Assembly (NCBI GenBank): GCA_020853395.1
Contig: JADYYY010000011.1
Coordinates: 362,166-426,165 of the forward strand
Source of the DNA: Acidobacteriota bacterium
GTDB taxonomy: Bacteria > Acidobacteriota > Vicinamibacteria > Vicinamibacterales > SCN-69-37
Direction: 5' to 3'
DNA length: 64,000 bases
A model generated the notes under the pieces. That model was not told the DNA's origin. It made no database searches and saw only the letters and a program-made list of their open reading frames with translations. This document shows, piece by piece, positions 38,597 to 47,698 of this stretch. Every line of letters begins with the position of its first letter. Positions within the stretch are counted from its first letter, which is position 1. The position numbers were made by a program, and so were the translations under genes.

Positions 38597-38954
38597 GGTC
38601 CGCCGATTCTACCCGGGAGCGACGGCCGCCGGTGACGGTCGTCGCCATGAACCGTGAGAGTGTGTTTCAACACTCGGTGAGCGCGGGTCCTGTCGCCGGA
38701 CGGCCCCACGTGGTGCTCGGCACCACGCGCGTGATCACGGGCGTCGTCTGCGCGCCACCGCGGGGCGGCCCCGTCCGGCGCCACGTCGATCGCCTGCCTT
38801 CATCGTGCGCGGGCCTCGCGGAGGCCTGGTGCAGGCCGACGGTGTTCGGCATGCGCCGTTCCGCTATGATGCGGGCCGCGGCGGCCGCGCTCGGTCGCGA
38901 GGACAGCGAACGGCGCCAGGCCGCGCGCGTCCGAGTGATGCAGGAGACAGGACG

Positions 38955-40163
38955 ATGAAGACGATTCTCGCGGTGCTGCTCGTGGCGGCGTGCCTCGTTC
39001 CGTCGGCGGTGCCGGCGCAAGGCGTGCAACCGGGCATCGAGGTGTTCCTGGCCGATCTGCCCGCTGCCGTGCGCGGCAAGCGCGTCGGCTTGATCACGAA
39101 CCACTCGGCGATCGATCGCGCGCGCTCTCTCGACATCGACCTGATCGCGGCGCGCAAGGATCTTCAGCTCGTCGCGCTCTTCGCGCCGGAGCACGGCATC
39201 CGCGGCGTGGCGCCGGCCGGCGCGAAGATCACCGACGAGGTCGACCAGAAGACCGGCGTGCCGATCTACTCGCTCTACGGCGGCGCCGATCGCGGCCCGA
39301 CGCCGAAGATGCTCGAGCACGTCGACGTGCTCGTCTACGACCTGCAGGAGGTCGGCGGCCGCACCTGGACGTACGTCTCGACGATGGCGCTGGCGATGCA
39401 GGCGGCGGTGAAGAAGGGCATCCCGTTCGTCGTGCTCGATCGGCCCAATCCGATCGGCGGCGAGATCGTCGAGGGCGCGCAGCTCGACCCGGCGTTCGCG
39501 TCGTTCGTCGGGATGTACCCGATTCCCGCGCGGCACGGCATGACGGTGGGCGAGCTCGCCACGCTCTTCAACCAGCGCCACGCCATCGGCGCCAACCTCA
39601 TCGTCGTCCGCGCGGCCAACTGGCGGCGTGCCGACTGGCAGGACGAGACCGGCTTGCCGTGGGTGAACCCGTCGCCCAACCTGCGGTCGCTCGCGGCGGT
39701 GACGAACTATCCAGGCGCCGTGTACTTCGAGGGCACCAACGTCGCGGAAGGGCGCGGCACCGAGCGGCCGTTCGAGCAGGTGGGCGCGCCCTGGCTCGAC
39801 GCGCCGGGAATCGTCCGCCGCATGAACGAGCTGCACCTGCCGGGAATCCGGTTCGAGGCGATCACGATGTCGATCGAGCCCGCGGCGGGCAAGTACCCCG
39901 GGCAGACGATTCCCGCGATCCGGTACGTCATCACGGACCGGCGCGCGTATCGGCCCGTGCGCGCCTCGCTCCTGCTGATCGACGAGATCCGCAAGGCGCA
40001 TCCGGCGGACTTCGCCTGGCGGCCGTCGATCGATCGGCTCACCGGCACGGACAAGGTGCGGCTGGCGATCGACGCCGGACAGCTCGCACCGCTCCTGGAG
40101 CAGTGGGACCGCGAGGCGGCGGCCTTCGCGGAGAGCCGCGCACCGTTCCTGCTGTACCGCTGA
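38955..40163 (+). CDS. DUF1343 family protein (NamZ-like exo-beta-N-acetylmuramidase family), secreted
   Basis: I trimmed track ORF 38805.. to the ATG at 38955, which is preceded by AGGAGA. GLITNHSAID, LFAPEHGIRG, IYSLYG, DLQEVGGRTWTY, VLDRPNP and PSPNL are family hallmarks. Confidence 0.85.
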   Translation: MKTILAVLLVAACLVPSAVPAQGVQPGIEVFLADLPAAVRGKRVGLITNHSAIDRARSLDIDLIAARKDLQLVALFAPEHGIRGVAPAGAKITDEVDQKTGVPIYSLYGGADRGPTPKMLEHVDVLVYDLQEVGGRTWTYVSTMALAMQAAVKKGIPFVVLDRPNPIGGEIVEGAQLDPAFASFVGMYPIPARHGMTVGELATLFNQRHAIGANLIVVRAANWRRADWQDETGLPWVNPSPNLRSLAAVTNYPGAVYFEGTNVAEGRGTERPFEQVGAPWLDAPGIVRRMNELHLPGIRFEAITMSIEPAAGKYPGQTIPAIRYVITDRRAYRPVRASLLLIDEIRKAHPADFAWRPSIDRLTGTDKVRLAIDAGQLAPLLEQWDREAAAFAESRAPFLLYR

Positions 40164-40178
40164 CATCTGGCGGCACAC

Positions 40179-40954
40179 GTGCCGAGCTGGAGCAGCGCGC
40201 AGTACTTGAAGTTCGCCGAGGAGCGGACGCGCCCGGCGCGTGATCTCGCGGCCGCGATCACGGTGGCGAGTCCGCGCCGCGTCATCGATCTCGGCTGCGG
40301 GCCAGCGAACAGCACGGCCGTGCTCGCGCGCCGATGGCCGTCCGCCGCGGTCACGGGCCTGGACAGCTCGGCAGAGATGCTGGCGGCGGCGAGCCATGAG
40401 CTGCCTGGCGCCGCCTGGATCCAGGCCGACATCGCGGCCTGGCGGCCTGACGCCGCCGAGCGCTTCGACGTGGTGTTCGCGAACGCGTCGCTGCAGTGGG
40501 TGCCCGATCACGCGCACCTGTGCCCGCGGCTGCTGTCATACGTGGCCGACGGCGGAGCGTTCGCCATGCAGGTGCCGGCCAACCAGGACGCCGCGCCGCA
40601 CCGCGCCATGCGCGAGCTCGCCGGATCTGACGCCTGGCGCTCCCGCTTCTCGACGCCGCCCCGCCAGTGGCACTCGCACTCGCCGACTTCTACTACGACG
40701 TGCTCGCGCCGCACGCGCGCCGCATCGACATCTGGTGCACGGACTACGTCCACGTGCTCGCGTCGGTCGACGAGATCGTCGAGTGGTACCGCGGCACCGG
40801 GCTCAGGCCGTGGCTCGACGTCCTGCCGGACGAGGTGACGCGCCGGAAGCTCGAGCGCGACTATCGCGCACGACTCGCGCCCGAGTTTCCGCCGCGTGCT
40901 GACGGCCGCGTGCTCTTTCCGTTCCGGCGGCTGTTCGCGATCGCGTACCGCTGA
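40179..40954 (+). pseudogene. tam: trans-aconitate 2-methyltransferase-like gene interrupted by a frameshift
   Basis: The N-terminal 160 codons (frame of 40179) read WSSAQYLKFAEERTRPARDL...DLGCGPANST...FANASLQWVPDH. The C-terminal part (frame of 40667) reads ADFYYDVLAP...IDIWCTDYVH...GTGLRPWL...FPFRRLFAIAYR. Together they are colinear with E. coli Tam. The frame switch is at or near the C4 run at 40659-40662. Confidence 0.6.
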
Positions 40955-41322
40955 TCGTCGCTCCAAGGCCGCGGGCCGCGGCGGCGCTGAATCACGCGAG
41001 ACCGCGCCCACCGGCCGGACGTCGCCGAACGTCGCCGCAGCCCACTCGAGATGTCGTTGCCGAATGCGGCCAGCGAGCCAAGGCGGGAACTGCGATGTGC
41101 CGGAATGGCTGGTATGTCGTGGGCACTTGGGGCGAGACGTCTGCCTCGCGGCAGACTACAGCGCGTCCAAGCGCCCTTGTTGCGTGCTGACCTCGATACG
41201 CCGAACGTGAGGCGCCCACCTGCTGATCGGCGGTATCGTTGGTTCTGGGTGATGGAGATGCGGCCGGCGGTGAAGACGTGGCGCTTGCCGTCGCCCGACG
41301 GTCAGCCGGACGAAGTCACGAC

Positions 41323-41958
41323 ATGCTGACGCGCCTCCAAGACATGGGTCGGCTGAAGGGCTCGAAGGAGGCCGCGTTGCTGTTGGCTTCGCTCTTCGCG
41401 GCGCCGGTCTGGACCGCGGCACAGGCCCTGACAGCAACAGAGCGCGCCAGCCCGTCGCCCGAGGCTCGGATGCTGGCGGCACGACGCGCGCTTCGTAACC
41501 CTGCCGTGCCCGTCGCGGAGCTGGACCGCGCGCAGCGGCCGGCGGGTTGGGATTACGTGCAGGGACTCCAGCATGGCGACGAGGTGCGGGTCACGCTGAC
41601 GGCCGGCGAGGACGTTGTCGGCCGGTTCGTCTCGGCAGACCAAGCCGGTCTCGTCCTCGTTCCCGGCGGCCAGGGCGCGGCACGGACAATCCTGCGCGAC
41701 GACGTCGCGGTCGTGGCCGCGCGTGGACCGTCGCGCGGCTCGAAGATCGGCGCGCTTGCCGGCGCAGGCATCGGCGCGTTCGCCGGCTTCGTCGCGGCGC
41801 TCCACCTCGGCTACAAGGACTGCGGCGGCGACTGCTCGGACGAACGGGTGCTCATCGGCGCCTCGGTCGTCGGTGTGCCGGTCGCCGCCGGCTGGCTCGG
41901 CTACCGGCTCTTCGCTCGGCCCGGCGACCTGAAGACGATCTACCGCCGCGCGCCCTGA
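41323..41958 (+). CDS. hypothetical exported/membrane protein with a glycine-zipper segment
   Basis: The signal-like N-terminus is AALLLASLFAAPVWTAAQA. An SH3/LSm-like strand region follows (GDEVRVTLTAGEDVVGRFVSAD), then the Gly-zipper GSKIGALAGAGIGAFAGFVAAL. The start is uncertain (41323 or 41344). Confidence 0.5.
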   Translation: MLTRLQDMGRLKGSKEAALLLASLFAAPVWTAAQALTATERASPSPEARMLAARRALRNPAVPVAELDRAQRPAGWDYVQGLQHGDEVRVTLTAGEDVVGRFVSADQAGLVLVPGGQGAARTILRDDVAVVAARGPSRGSKIGALAGAGIGAFAGFVAALHLGYKDCGGDCSDERVLIGASVVGVPVAAGWLGYRLFARPGDLKTIYRRAP

Positions 41959-42063
41959 TTCGGCCGGCGCCCGGACTTGATTGCCCGGAGGGGAAGGGCT
42001 AACGTGCCGCAGATCTGTTTCCCGCGCCGGCGCGACGCGTGCCGGCAAAGAAGTGAGGACGTC

Positions 42064-44058
42064 ATGAGAAGCCCCCTGCGTTCGCTGGCGGTTACGACGA
42101 CGGCTCTGGTGGCGATGGCCCTGGGGCTCCGCGCCGCCGATCCCGCCAATTTCAAACCCGACGGTTCGTTCAAAGGCTCGACGCTGGCCGGCTGGCACGT
42201 GGTCGGCGGCGCCGACTGGAGCGCGCAGAACGGCGAGCTCATCGGCCGGGCCAAGCCCGGCACGAACGGCGGATGGCTCGTCATGGACAAGAACTTTCAG
42301 GACGTGCAGCTCTACACGAACTTCAAGTGCATCGGCCAGTGCACGTCCGGCGTCCTGCTGCGCGCGCGCAAAACGCCCGACGGCGGCATGACGGGCGTGT
42401 TCGTCTCGCTCAGCGGCGACGACACCAACGCGTACGCGGTGACGCTCGATGCGACCGGTAAGGAGACCGGCCGTGAGCAGCTCGCCGCACCGGCTCGCGG
42501 CGGCGGTGCTGCCGGCGCCGCGCGTGGAGGTGCCGCGCCCGCCCGTGGCGCGGCGCCCGCGCCCGGCGCAGCCCCCGCACCTGCGGCACCGCCTCCCGCA
42601 CCCGCGCGAGGTACCCAGGTCGGCAGTTCGGGGCGCGGCCGGCCCACGCTGAAAGCCGGTGACTGGAACGAGGCCTACATCACGATCGCGACCGACGGGC
42701 CGCCGGCCGGCAGCCAGACGGGCCCGGTGCGCGTCGTGTCCACCTACACCGGCACGGTGCCGGTCGACGAGAAGAACGCGTACGGCTACGGTGCGATCGC
42801 CCTCTACGTCGGCGGCACGGGCGAAGCGCACTACAAGGACCTCGCGTGGAAAGACATGCTGTCGGTCGTCGAGCCGAAGGAGCAGGTCTCGCCGCGCTTC
42901 ACCATCCAGCGGTTGACGACGATGTACTACGGCTGGGGCGCGGCGACGGCGGACGTCAACCGTGACGGCAACCTCGACGTCATCTCCGGGCCGTTCTACT
43001 ACGCCGGCCCCAGCTTCACCGATCGCCGCCGCTATCGCGACGGCAATCTCTTCAATCCCGAAAACCAGTTCGCGCCCGACATGGTGAACCTGGCCGCCGA
43101 CTTCACCGGCGACGGCTGGCCCGACGTGCTCTCGTCGCTCGGCAATCGCCACATGGATCTCCACGTGAATCCGAAGGGCGAATCGCGCCGCTGGGACAAG
43201 TTCAGCGTGCTGCCGACGATCTCGTCAGAGATCGTCCTCATGAAGGATCTCGACCAGGACGGCAAGCCGGAAGTCGTGTTCGGCCAGGGCGCGGCCGGCG
43301 GCTACGCGTGGGCCAAGCCCGATCCAGTGAACCCGAGCGCCGTGTGGACGCCGCACGTGATCTCGAGCCCGGGTCAGGCCGTGAACGGCCATGGCCTCGG
43401 CGTCGGCGACGTCAACCACGACGGCCGCCTCGACATCGTCGTGCCGACGGGCTGGTACGAGCAGCCGGCGGCGGGGATCGGTGCCAGCCCGTGGACGTTC
43501 CACGAGGCGGAGCTGGGCGACCCGTCGACCTTCGGGAGCGGCGGCGGCGAAATGGGCGTCTACGACGTCAACGGTGACGGCCTGATCGACGTCGTCGCCG
43601 GCTCGGCGCACAACTGGGGCATGAACTGGTTCGAGCAGAAGAAGGACGGCACGTTCGTGCGCCACTCGATCGCGCAGAACTTCGCGACCGAGAACGCCGG
43701 CGGCGTGGTGTTCTCCGAATCGCACGCGGCACGCTTCGTGGACATGAACGGCGACAAGATCCCCGACATGATCACGGGCAAGCGGTACTGGTCGGAGGCG
43801 GGCAACAACACGCTGACGCACACCGATCCGTTCGGCGCGCCGGTGCTCTACATCTATCGGACGGTGCGCGATCCGAAAGCGCCCGGCGGCGCCCGTTTCG
43901 TGCCCGAGCTCGTCCACAACAAGTCGGGCATCGGCTCGTCGTTCGACGTCGTCGATCTCAACAAGGACGGACGGCCCGACATCGCGGTGGCGACGACGTT
44001 CGGGACGTACGTGTTCTTCGGCAAGCCTGCGGCGCCGGCGTCCACCGCCAAGCCGTAG
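42064..44058 (+). CDS. secreted DUF1080 (3-keto-disaccharide hydrolase-like) + FG-GAP/VCBS-repeat protein, paralog 1
   Basis: The ATG at 42064 follows GAGGA. The N-terminal domain reads GW..VGGADWSAQNGELIG...GGWLV.DK.F.DV.L...F.C. The C-terminal repeats read [59 protein letters not shown] and DLNKDGRPDI. Confidence 0.8.
   Translation: MRSPLRSLAVTTTALVAMALGLRAADPANFKPDGSFKGSTLAGWHVVGGADWSAQNGELIGRAKPGTNGGWLVMDKNFQDVQLYTNFKCIGQCTSGVLLRARKTPDGGMTGVFVSLSGDDTNAYAVTLDATGKETGREQLAAPARGGGAAGAARGGAAPARGAAPAPGAAPAPAAPPPAPARGTQVGSSGRGRPTLKAGDWNEAYITIATDGPPAGSQTGPVRVVSTYTGTVPVDEKNAYGYGAIALYVGGTGEAHYKDLAWKDMLSVVEPKEQVSPRFTIQRLTTMYYGWGAATADVNRDGNLDVISGPFYYAGPSFTDRRRYRDGNLFNPENQFAPDMVNLAADFTGDGWPDVLSSLGNRHMDLHVNPKGESRRWDKFSVLPTISSEIVLMKDLDQDGKPEVVFGQGAAGGYAWAKPDPVNPSAVWTPHVISSPGQAVNGHGLGVGDVNHDGRLDIVVPTGWYEQPAAGIGASPWTFHEAELGDPSTFGSGGGEMGVYDVNGDGLIDVVAGSAHNWGMNWFEQKKDGTFVRHSIAQNFATENAGGVVFSESHAARFVDMNGDKIPDMITGKRYWSEAGNNTLTHTDPFGAPVLYIYRTVRDPKAPGGARFVPELVHNKSGIGSSFDVVDLNKDGRPDIAVATTFGTYVFFGKPAAPASTAKP
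42484..42645 (+). repeat. low-complexity G/A/P/R-rich coding insert inside the DUF1080 domain of paralog 1
   Basis: The translation is AAPARGGGAAGAARGGAAPARGAAPAPGAAPAPAAPPPAPARGTQVGSSGRGRP. At DNA level this is GCN/CCN/GGN-rich simple sequence. Confidence 0.7.
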
Positions 44059-44080
44059 CCGCGCGCAGACGATCCACTCG

Positions 44081-44113
44081 ACCGCCGGGCGGCTCGCGCC
44101 CGGCGGTCTTTCT
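44081..44113 (+). terminator. intrinsic terminator downstream of the DUF1080/FG-GAP gene
   Basis: An 11-bp perfect stem pairs ACCGCCGGGCG (44081-44091) with CGCCCGGCGGT (44097-44107). The loop is 5 nt and is followed by CTTTCT. The hairpin starts 22 nt after the TAG stop at 44056-44058. Confidence 0.6.
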
Positions 44114-44167
44114 CCGCCGGACGCGCCGGCGGCCCTTGGCGCCGGACGCTATGCTGGATCAGCAGGC

Positions 44168-45277
44168 ATGCACGTCCGCTCGGCCGCCTCTCCAGTCCTT
44201 CCGCTCGTCGTCGCTCTTGCTGGGCTGACCGCGTGCGCCCACGTCTCGCCCGCGGCCCAGGCCGGGCACGCGCCTCGCGCCGCGGTGTGCCGCGCTCTCG
44301 TCGACGCGACTGGACGACCTGCGGATGCATCGATGCAATGGCACGAGACGGCCCGACCCGGACGCGCGAGTGCGGCACTCGCGGCCGCGTGCGCGACCGT
44401 TGGTCCAAGCGTGTACCAGGCGCCTGCCGCCAGCGCGGGCGGACGCGCGATCGACCGGCTGGCAATCGTCAGTTGGAACGTCCACGTGGGTGGCGGCGAC
44501 CTTGCCGCGCTGGTCGCCGGGCTGCGAGAAGGACGGTTGACCGGCGGTGAGCCGGTGGCGGACTTCGTCCTGCTGCTTCACGAGGCATTCCGCGGCGGGG
44601 CCGGCGTTCCGGCCGATCTTCCGGCGGGCGTGCCGGTGCCGAGACGCATCGCTCCTGGACCGCCATCGGGTCGTCGGCTCGACGTCGTCCGCACGGCGCG
44701 CGCGTTGGGGCTCGGCGTGTTCTACGTGCCGTCGATGCGCAACGGCGATGACGAGAAGCCGGCCGAGGATCGGGGGAACGCCATCCTGTCGACGTTGCCG
44801 TTCGACGCGCTCGCCGGCGTCGAGCTGCCGCACGCGCGTCAGCGTCGCGTCGCGATCAGCGCCGTCGTGCATGGATTCGACGCTGATGCGCGTCCGTGGC
44901 GACTGCGTCTCGTCAGCGCTCATCTGAACGCGACGGCAGGCCCCGATCGGCTCTGGATCTTCGCGAGCGGCCTGCGCGAACGGCAGGCGCGGCACCTGAT
45001 CGACGCGCTGGGCGAGGATGCCACGCCCACCGTCGTCGGCTCCGACTTGAACACGTGGGCCGGCGGGTTTCGCGAGCCGGCGTTCGTCGAGCTGCAGCGG
45101 CGGTTTCCCGAGACCGACCCTGCCGCTGGCGGCGCGATGTTCCGCGGCGGACCTCGACTGGACTTCGTGTTCTTTGGCTTGCCGGCGTCATGGCAGGGCC
45201 GCGTGCGGCCGTTGGCCGATCGCTTCGGGTCCGACCATCATCCCCTTGTCGGCTGGATCAGCGTCCGCGACGGTTGA
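44168..45277 (+). CDS. endonuclease/exonuclease/phosphatase (EEP) family lipoprotein
   Basis: The lipobox is LAGLTAC. The EEP motifs are IVSWNVHVGGGD, EDRGNAILS, LRLVSAHL, VVGSDLN and the C-terminal GSDHHPLV. Confidence 0.75.
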   Translation: MHVRSAASPVLPLVVALAGLTACAHVSPAAQAGHAPRAAVCRALVDATGRPADASMQWHETARPGRASAALAAACATVGPSVYQAPAASAGGRAIDRLAIVSWNVHVGGGDLAALVAGLREGRLTGGEPVADFVLLLHEAFRGGAGVPADLPAGVPVPRRIAPGPPSGRRLDVVRTARALGLGVFYVPSMRNGDDEKPAEDRGNAILSTLPFDALAGVELPHARQRRVAISAVVHGFDADARPWRLRLVSAHLNATAGPDRLWIFASGLRERQARHLIDALGEDATPTVVGSDLNTWAGGFREPAFVELQRRFPETDPAAGGAMFRGGPRLDFVFFGLPASWQGRVRPLADRFGSDHHPLVGWISVRDG

Positions 45278-45404
45278 CCGCACACGCGTGGCCGAGCGCG
45301 GCCGCCGTTGTCGCGGCGCGCCACGAGCGCGACGTCGTGTCGACGGCTGACGGCCCCTGGCCGCGAGCGCGGATCGCCGCCAGCCACGGACGAGACGTGG
45401 CGGG

Positions 45405-45746
45405 CTACGACGCGGTGGCGACGCCGTGAACGCGTGCGTTCAGCTCGCCGATGGCCGCCTCTGACTCGGCGTTCTCGACCAGGAACACCCACCTGCTGAC
45501 GTACGCGAGCTGCGGGCCGTCAGCCTCGAAGCAGCCCACGCATCGAGCGCCGAGAATCACGGACGACCCGCCGTGTACGAACTCGAAGGCCATCGGCATT
45601 TGCAGCAGCACGGCGGCGTCGGTCTCGATGTCGAAACCCGCTGGCGTCAAGTTGCGGCAGCGCAGCACGCGGAGCGGCCGTCCGATGGCCGTGAGGCGGA
45701 GGCACTCGAGACCGGCCATGGCGCGGCGAGCAGATGTGTCGTGCAT
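45405..45746 (-). CDS. small hypothetical protein, possibly PilZ-like
   Basis: This is the lower part of track ORF 45405..46061, with the ATG at 45746. Third-codon-position GC is high and composition is normal. RNLTPAGFDIET resembles the PilZ (D/N)xSxxG motif, but the RxxxR motif is degenerate (ARRAMAG). Confidence 0.35.
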   Translation of the reverse strand: MHDTSARRAMAGLECLRLTAIGRPLRVLRCRNLTPAGFDIETDAAVLLQMPMAFEFVHGGSSVILGARCVGCFEADGPQLAYVSRWVFLVENAESEAAIGELNARVHGVATAS

Positions 45747-46229
45747 GTCGACGTCCTGCCCTTGAAGTAGGCAAGCGGCGTGCCTGCGTCGACGTTGAGC
45801 GGTCCGGCGGCCCAGGTGACGAGCTGCCGCCGGCGCCCGCGGAATACTCCACGGGCGCGCGGAAACTGCAGCGATCGGTCGGCGCGTCGGCCGACCGGCG
45901 CGGCCAGCGGACGCCGATACCGGGGTTGTCGTGCCACTTGGCGCCCGGCGGACGCGTGCGGTGGCCTTGGTCCACATCTGGACGGCTGCCGCGCCAGGAG
46001 CACGGGCGGAGGTCGCCGTCGATCCGCGTGTCGACGACGGCAGCGGGCCACGTCGTCGCACCCGTCAAGGGCGAGATCGAACGTACCGTCGGCGCCCTCG
46101 TCGATGGATCTCGAACGCGGTGCCGGGGTGTCGACGCCGAGCGCGCGCGGCACGGCGATCGCCTCGTGGCGAACGGCAGCCGTCTCTTCAGTTGATCTCC
46201 TAATGGAATGTGCTGTAGCCTGCAGTCGG

Positions 46230-47333
46230 ATGGCTAATGAAGCCGCGCGGCTGCGGACGAAGCCCCGGGTCGCCGAGGCGCTGGACGTCCTCGTGCTGCA
46301 CCTGCTGGAGCGATCCGGGCCGCTGCACGGCTATCGGATCGCGGCGCTGCTCGAGCGGGTCGTCGGACCAGAGGATGCCACGTTCGATTTGCCCACGCTG
46401 TACTCGGCGATCCTGCAGCAGAAGCAGCGAGGGCTGCTGAGCGCCACGTTCGCCGAGTGCGAGGGCCGCAGGGTCAAAACCTACGCCATCACCGCGCGAG
46501 GGCGCCGATACCTGAAGAGCGCGCGCATCGCATGGGAACGAAGCGCATCGCTGCTCGGCGGCCTGCTCGAGGAGCAGCGGAGGCAGCGCCGTGAGCTGGA
46601 GCTCGCTCGAGAGGTCCAGACCCATTTCTTCTCGTCGCTCGCCCCGGCGGCGAGCCTCGGGCTCGACGTCGCCGGACGCTATCGCCCGGCGCGTCACGTC
46701 GGCGGCGACTACTACGACATCATTCGGCTGTCGGACACGGCGGTCGCGCTGACCCTGGGCGACGTGGCGGGCAAGGGCCTGTTCGCCGCGCTGCTGATGG
46801 CCACGCTCAGGGCGTTCGTGCGCAGTCAGCGGAGCGGCGCCGAGCAGCTCGGGGCGCTCATGTCGCGGCTCAATCATCTGCTGCGCGAGAGCTGCCCGCG
46901 CGATCGATTCGCGACCCTGTTCTACGCCGTGTACGAGTCGACCGGTGCCGACCTCGTGTACGTGAACGCCGGACATCACCCGCCGCTGCTGCTCGATCCG
47001 GCCGCCGGCGCAGGCCTCCTCCGTCTCGATCGCGGCGGCCCCGTGCTCGGGCTCCTGCCGAACTGCACGTACGAGACGGGGAGCGCGCCCTTCGCCGCAG
47101 GAAGCGTGCTGGTTGCCTACACCGACGGCGTGACGGAGGCTTGCGACGCGAACGGATCGGACTGGGGAGAAGAGCGGTTGGCTGCGGCCATCCGCCGCGG
47201 GTGCACGGCGTCCGCCGATGCGCTCGCCGACTGGCTGTTGTCGGACGTGACGCGATTCATGGCAGACGGACATCAAGAGGACGACATGACCTTACTCGTG
47301 GCTCGCAGAGTCGGCGCGGTGGACGAGCGATGA
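46230..47333 (+). CDS. fusion protein: PadR-type winged-helix domain + PP2C/SpoIIE-family serine phosphatase domain
   Basis: I trimmed track ORF 45780.. to the ATG at 46230 (alternative 46203). The PadR-like region is LDVLVLHLLERSGPLHGYRIAALLE...LYSAILQQKQRGLL...KTYAITARGRRYL. The SpoIIE motifs are VGGDYYDI, LGDVAGKGL, VAYTDGVTEA and EDDMTLLVAR. Confidence 0.8.
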   Translation: MANEAARLRTKPRVAEALDVLVLHLLERSGPLHGYRIAALLERVVGPEDATFDLPTLYSAILQQKQRGLLSATFAECEGRRVKTYAITARGRRYLKSARIAWERSASLLGGLLEEQRRQRRELELAREVQTHFFSSLAPAASLGLDVAGRYRPARHVGGDYYDIIRLSDTAVALTLGDVAGKGLFAALLMATLRAFVRSQRSGAEQLGALMSRLNHLLRESCPRDRFATLFYAVYESTGADLVYVNAGHHPPLLLDPAAGAGLLRLDRGGPVLGLLPNCTYETGSAPFAAGSVLVAYTDGVTEACDANGSDWGEERLAAAIRRGCTASADALADWLLSDVTRFMADGHQEDDMTLLVARRVGAVDER

Positions 47334-47677
47334 CGCCGCAAGAGAGGAGCAAGACGGAAGTGCTGCACGGGACCCTCGATCTCATGGTCCTGCAGACGTT
47401 GGCCACGCTCGGGCCGCTTCACGGGTACGCGATCGCCGCGCGGCTCGAGCAAGTGTCGTCCGGCGCCCTTCGTCTCAACATGGGCTCGCTCTATCCGGGT
47501 CTCGTCCGGCTGCAGCAACGCGGGCTCGTGCGCGCGCGCTGGGCGGTCACCGAGAACAACCGGCGCGCACGGTTCTACGAGATCACCGCCAGCGGACGCC
47601 GGCAGCTCGCCACCGAGAAGGCCGAGTGGCATCGCATGACCGACATCATGCGGAGCCTGTTGGAGCCGGAACGCTGA
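47330..47677 (+). CDS. PadR family transcriptional regulator (acidobacterial PadR type)
   Basis: The ATG at 47330 overlaps the preceding stop (ATGA). LHGTLDLMVLQTLATLGPLHGYAIAARLEQ...LYPGLVRLQQRGLV...RFYEITASGRRQL supports the call. The protein is 115 aa. Confidence 0.85.
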   Translation: MTPQERSKTEVLHGTLDLMVLQTLATLGPLHGYAIAARLEQVSSGALRLNMGSLYPGLVRLQQRGLVRARWAVTENNRRARFYEITASGRRQLATEKAEWHRMTDIMRSLLEPER

Positions 47678-47698
47678 GCGGCGAGCAGCACCTGGGGG

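Noticed and set aside
41139-41156. A 7-bp GC-rich hairpin (GTCTGCC-TCGC-GGCAGAC) in the 368-bp tam/hypothetical intergenic region, considered as a possible sRNA or terminator
   Set aside because: It has no U-tract and I could see no flanking promoter-like elements. A single short hairpin in GC-rich DNA is expected by chance. It is worth a look only if RNA-seq shows a transcript.
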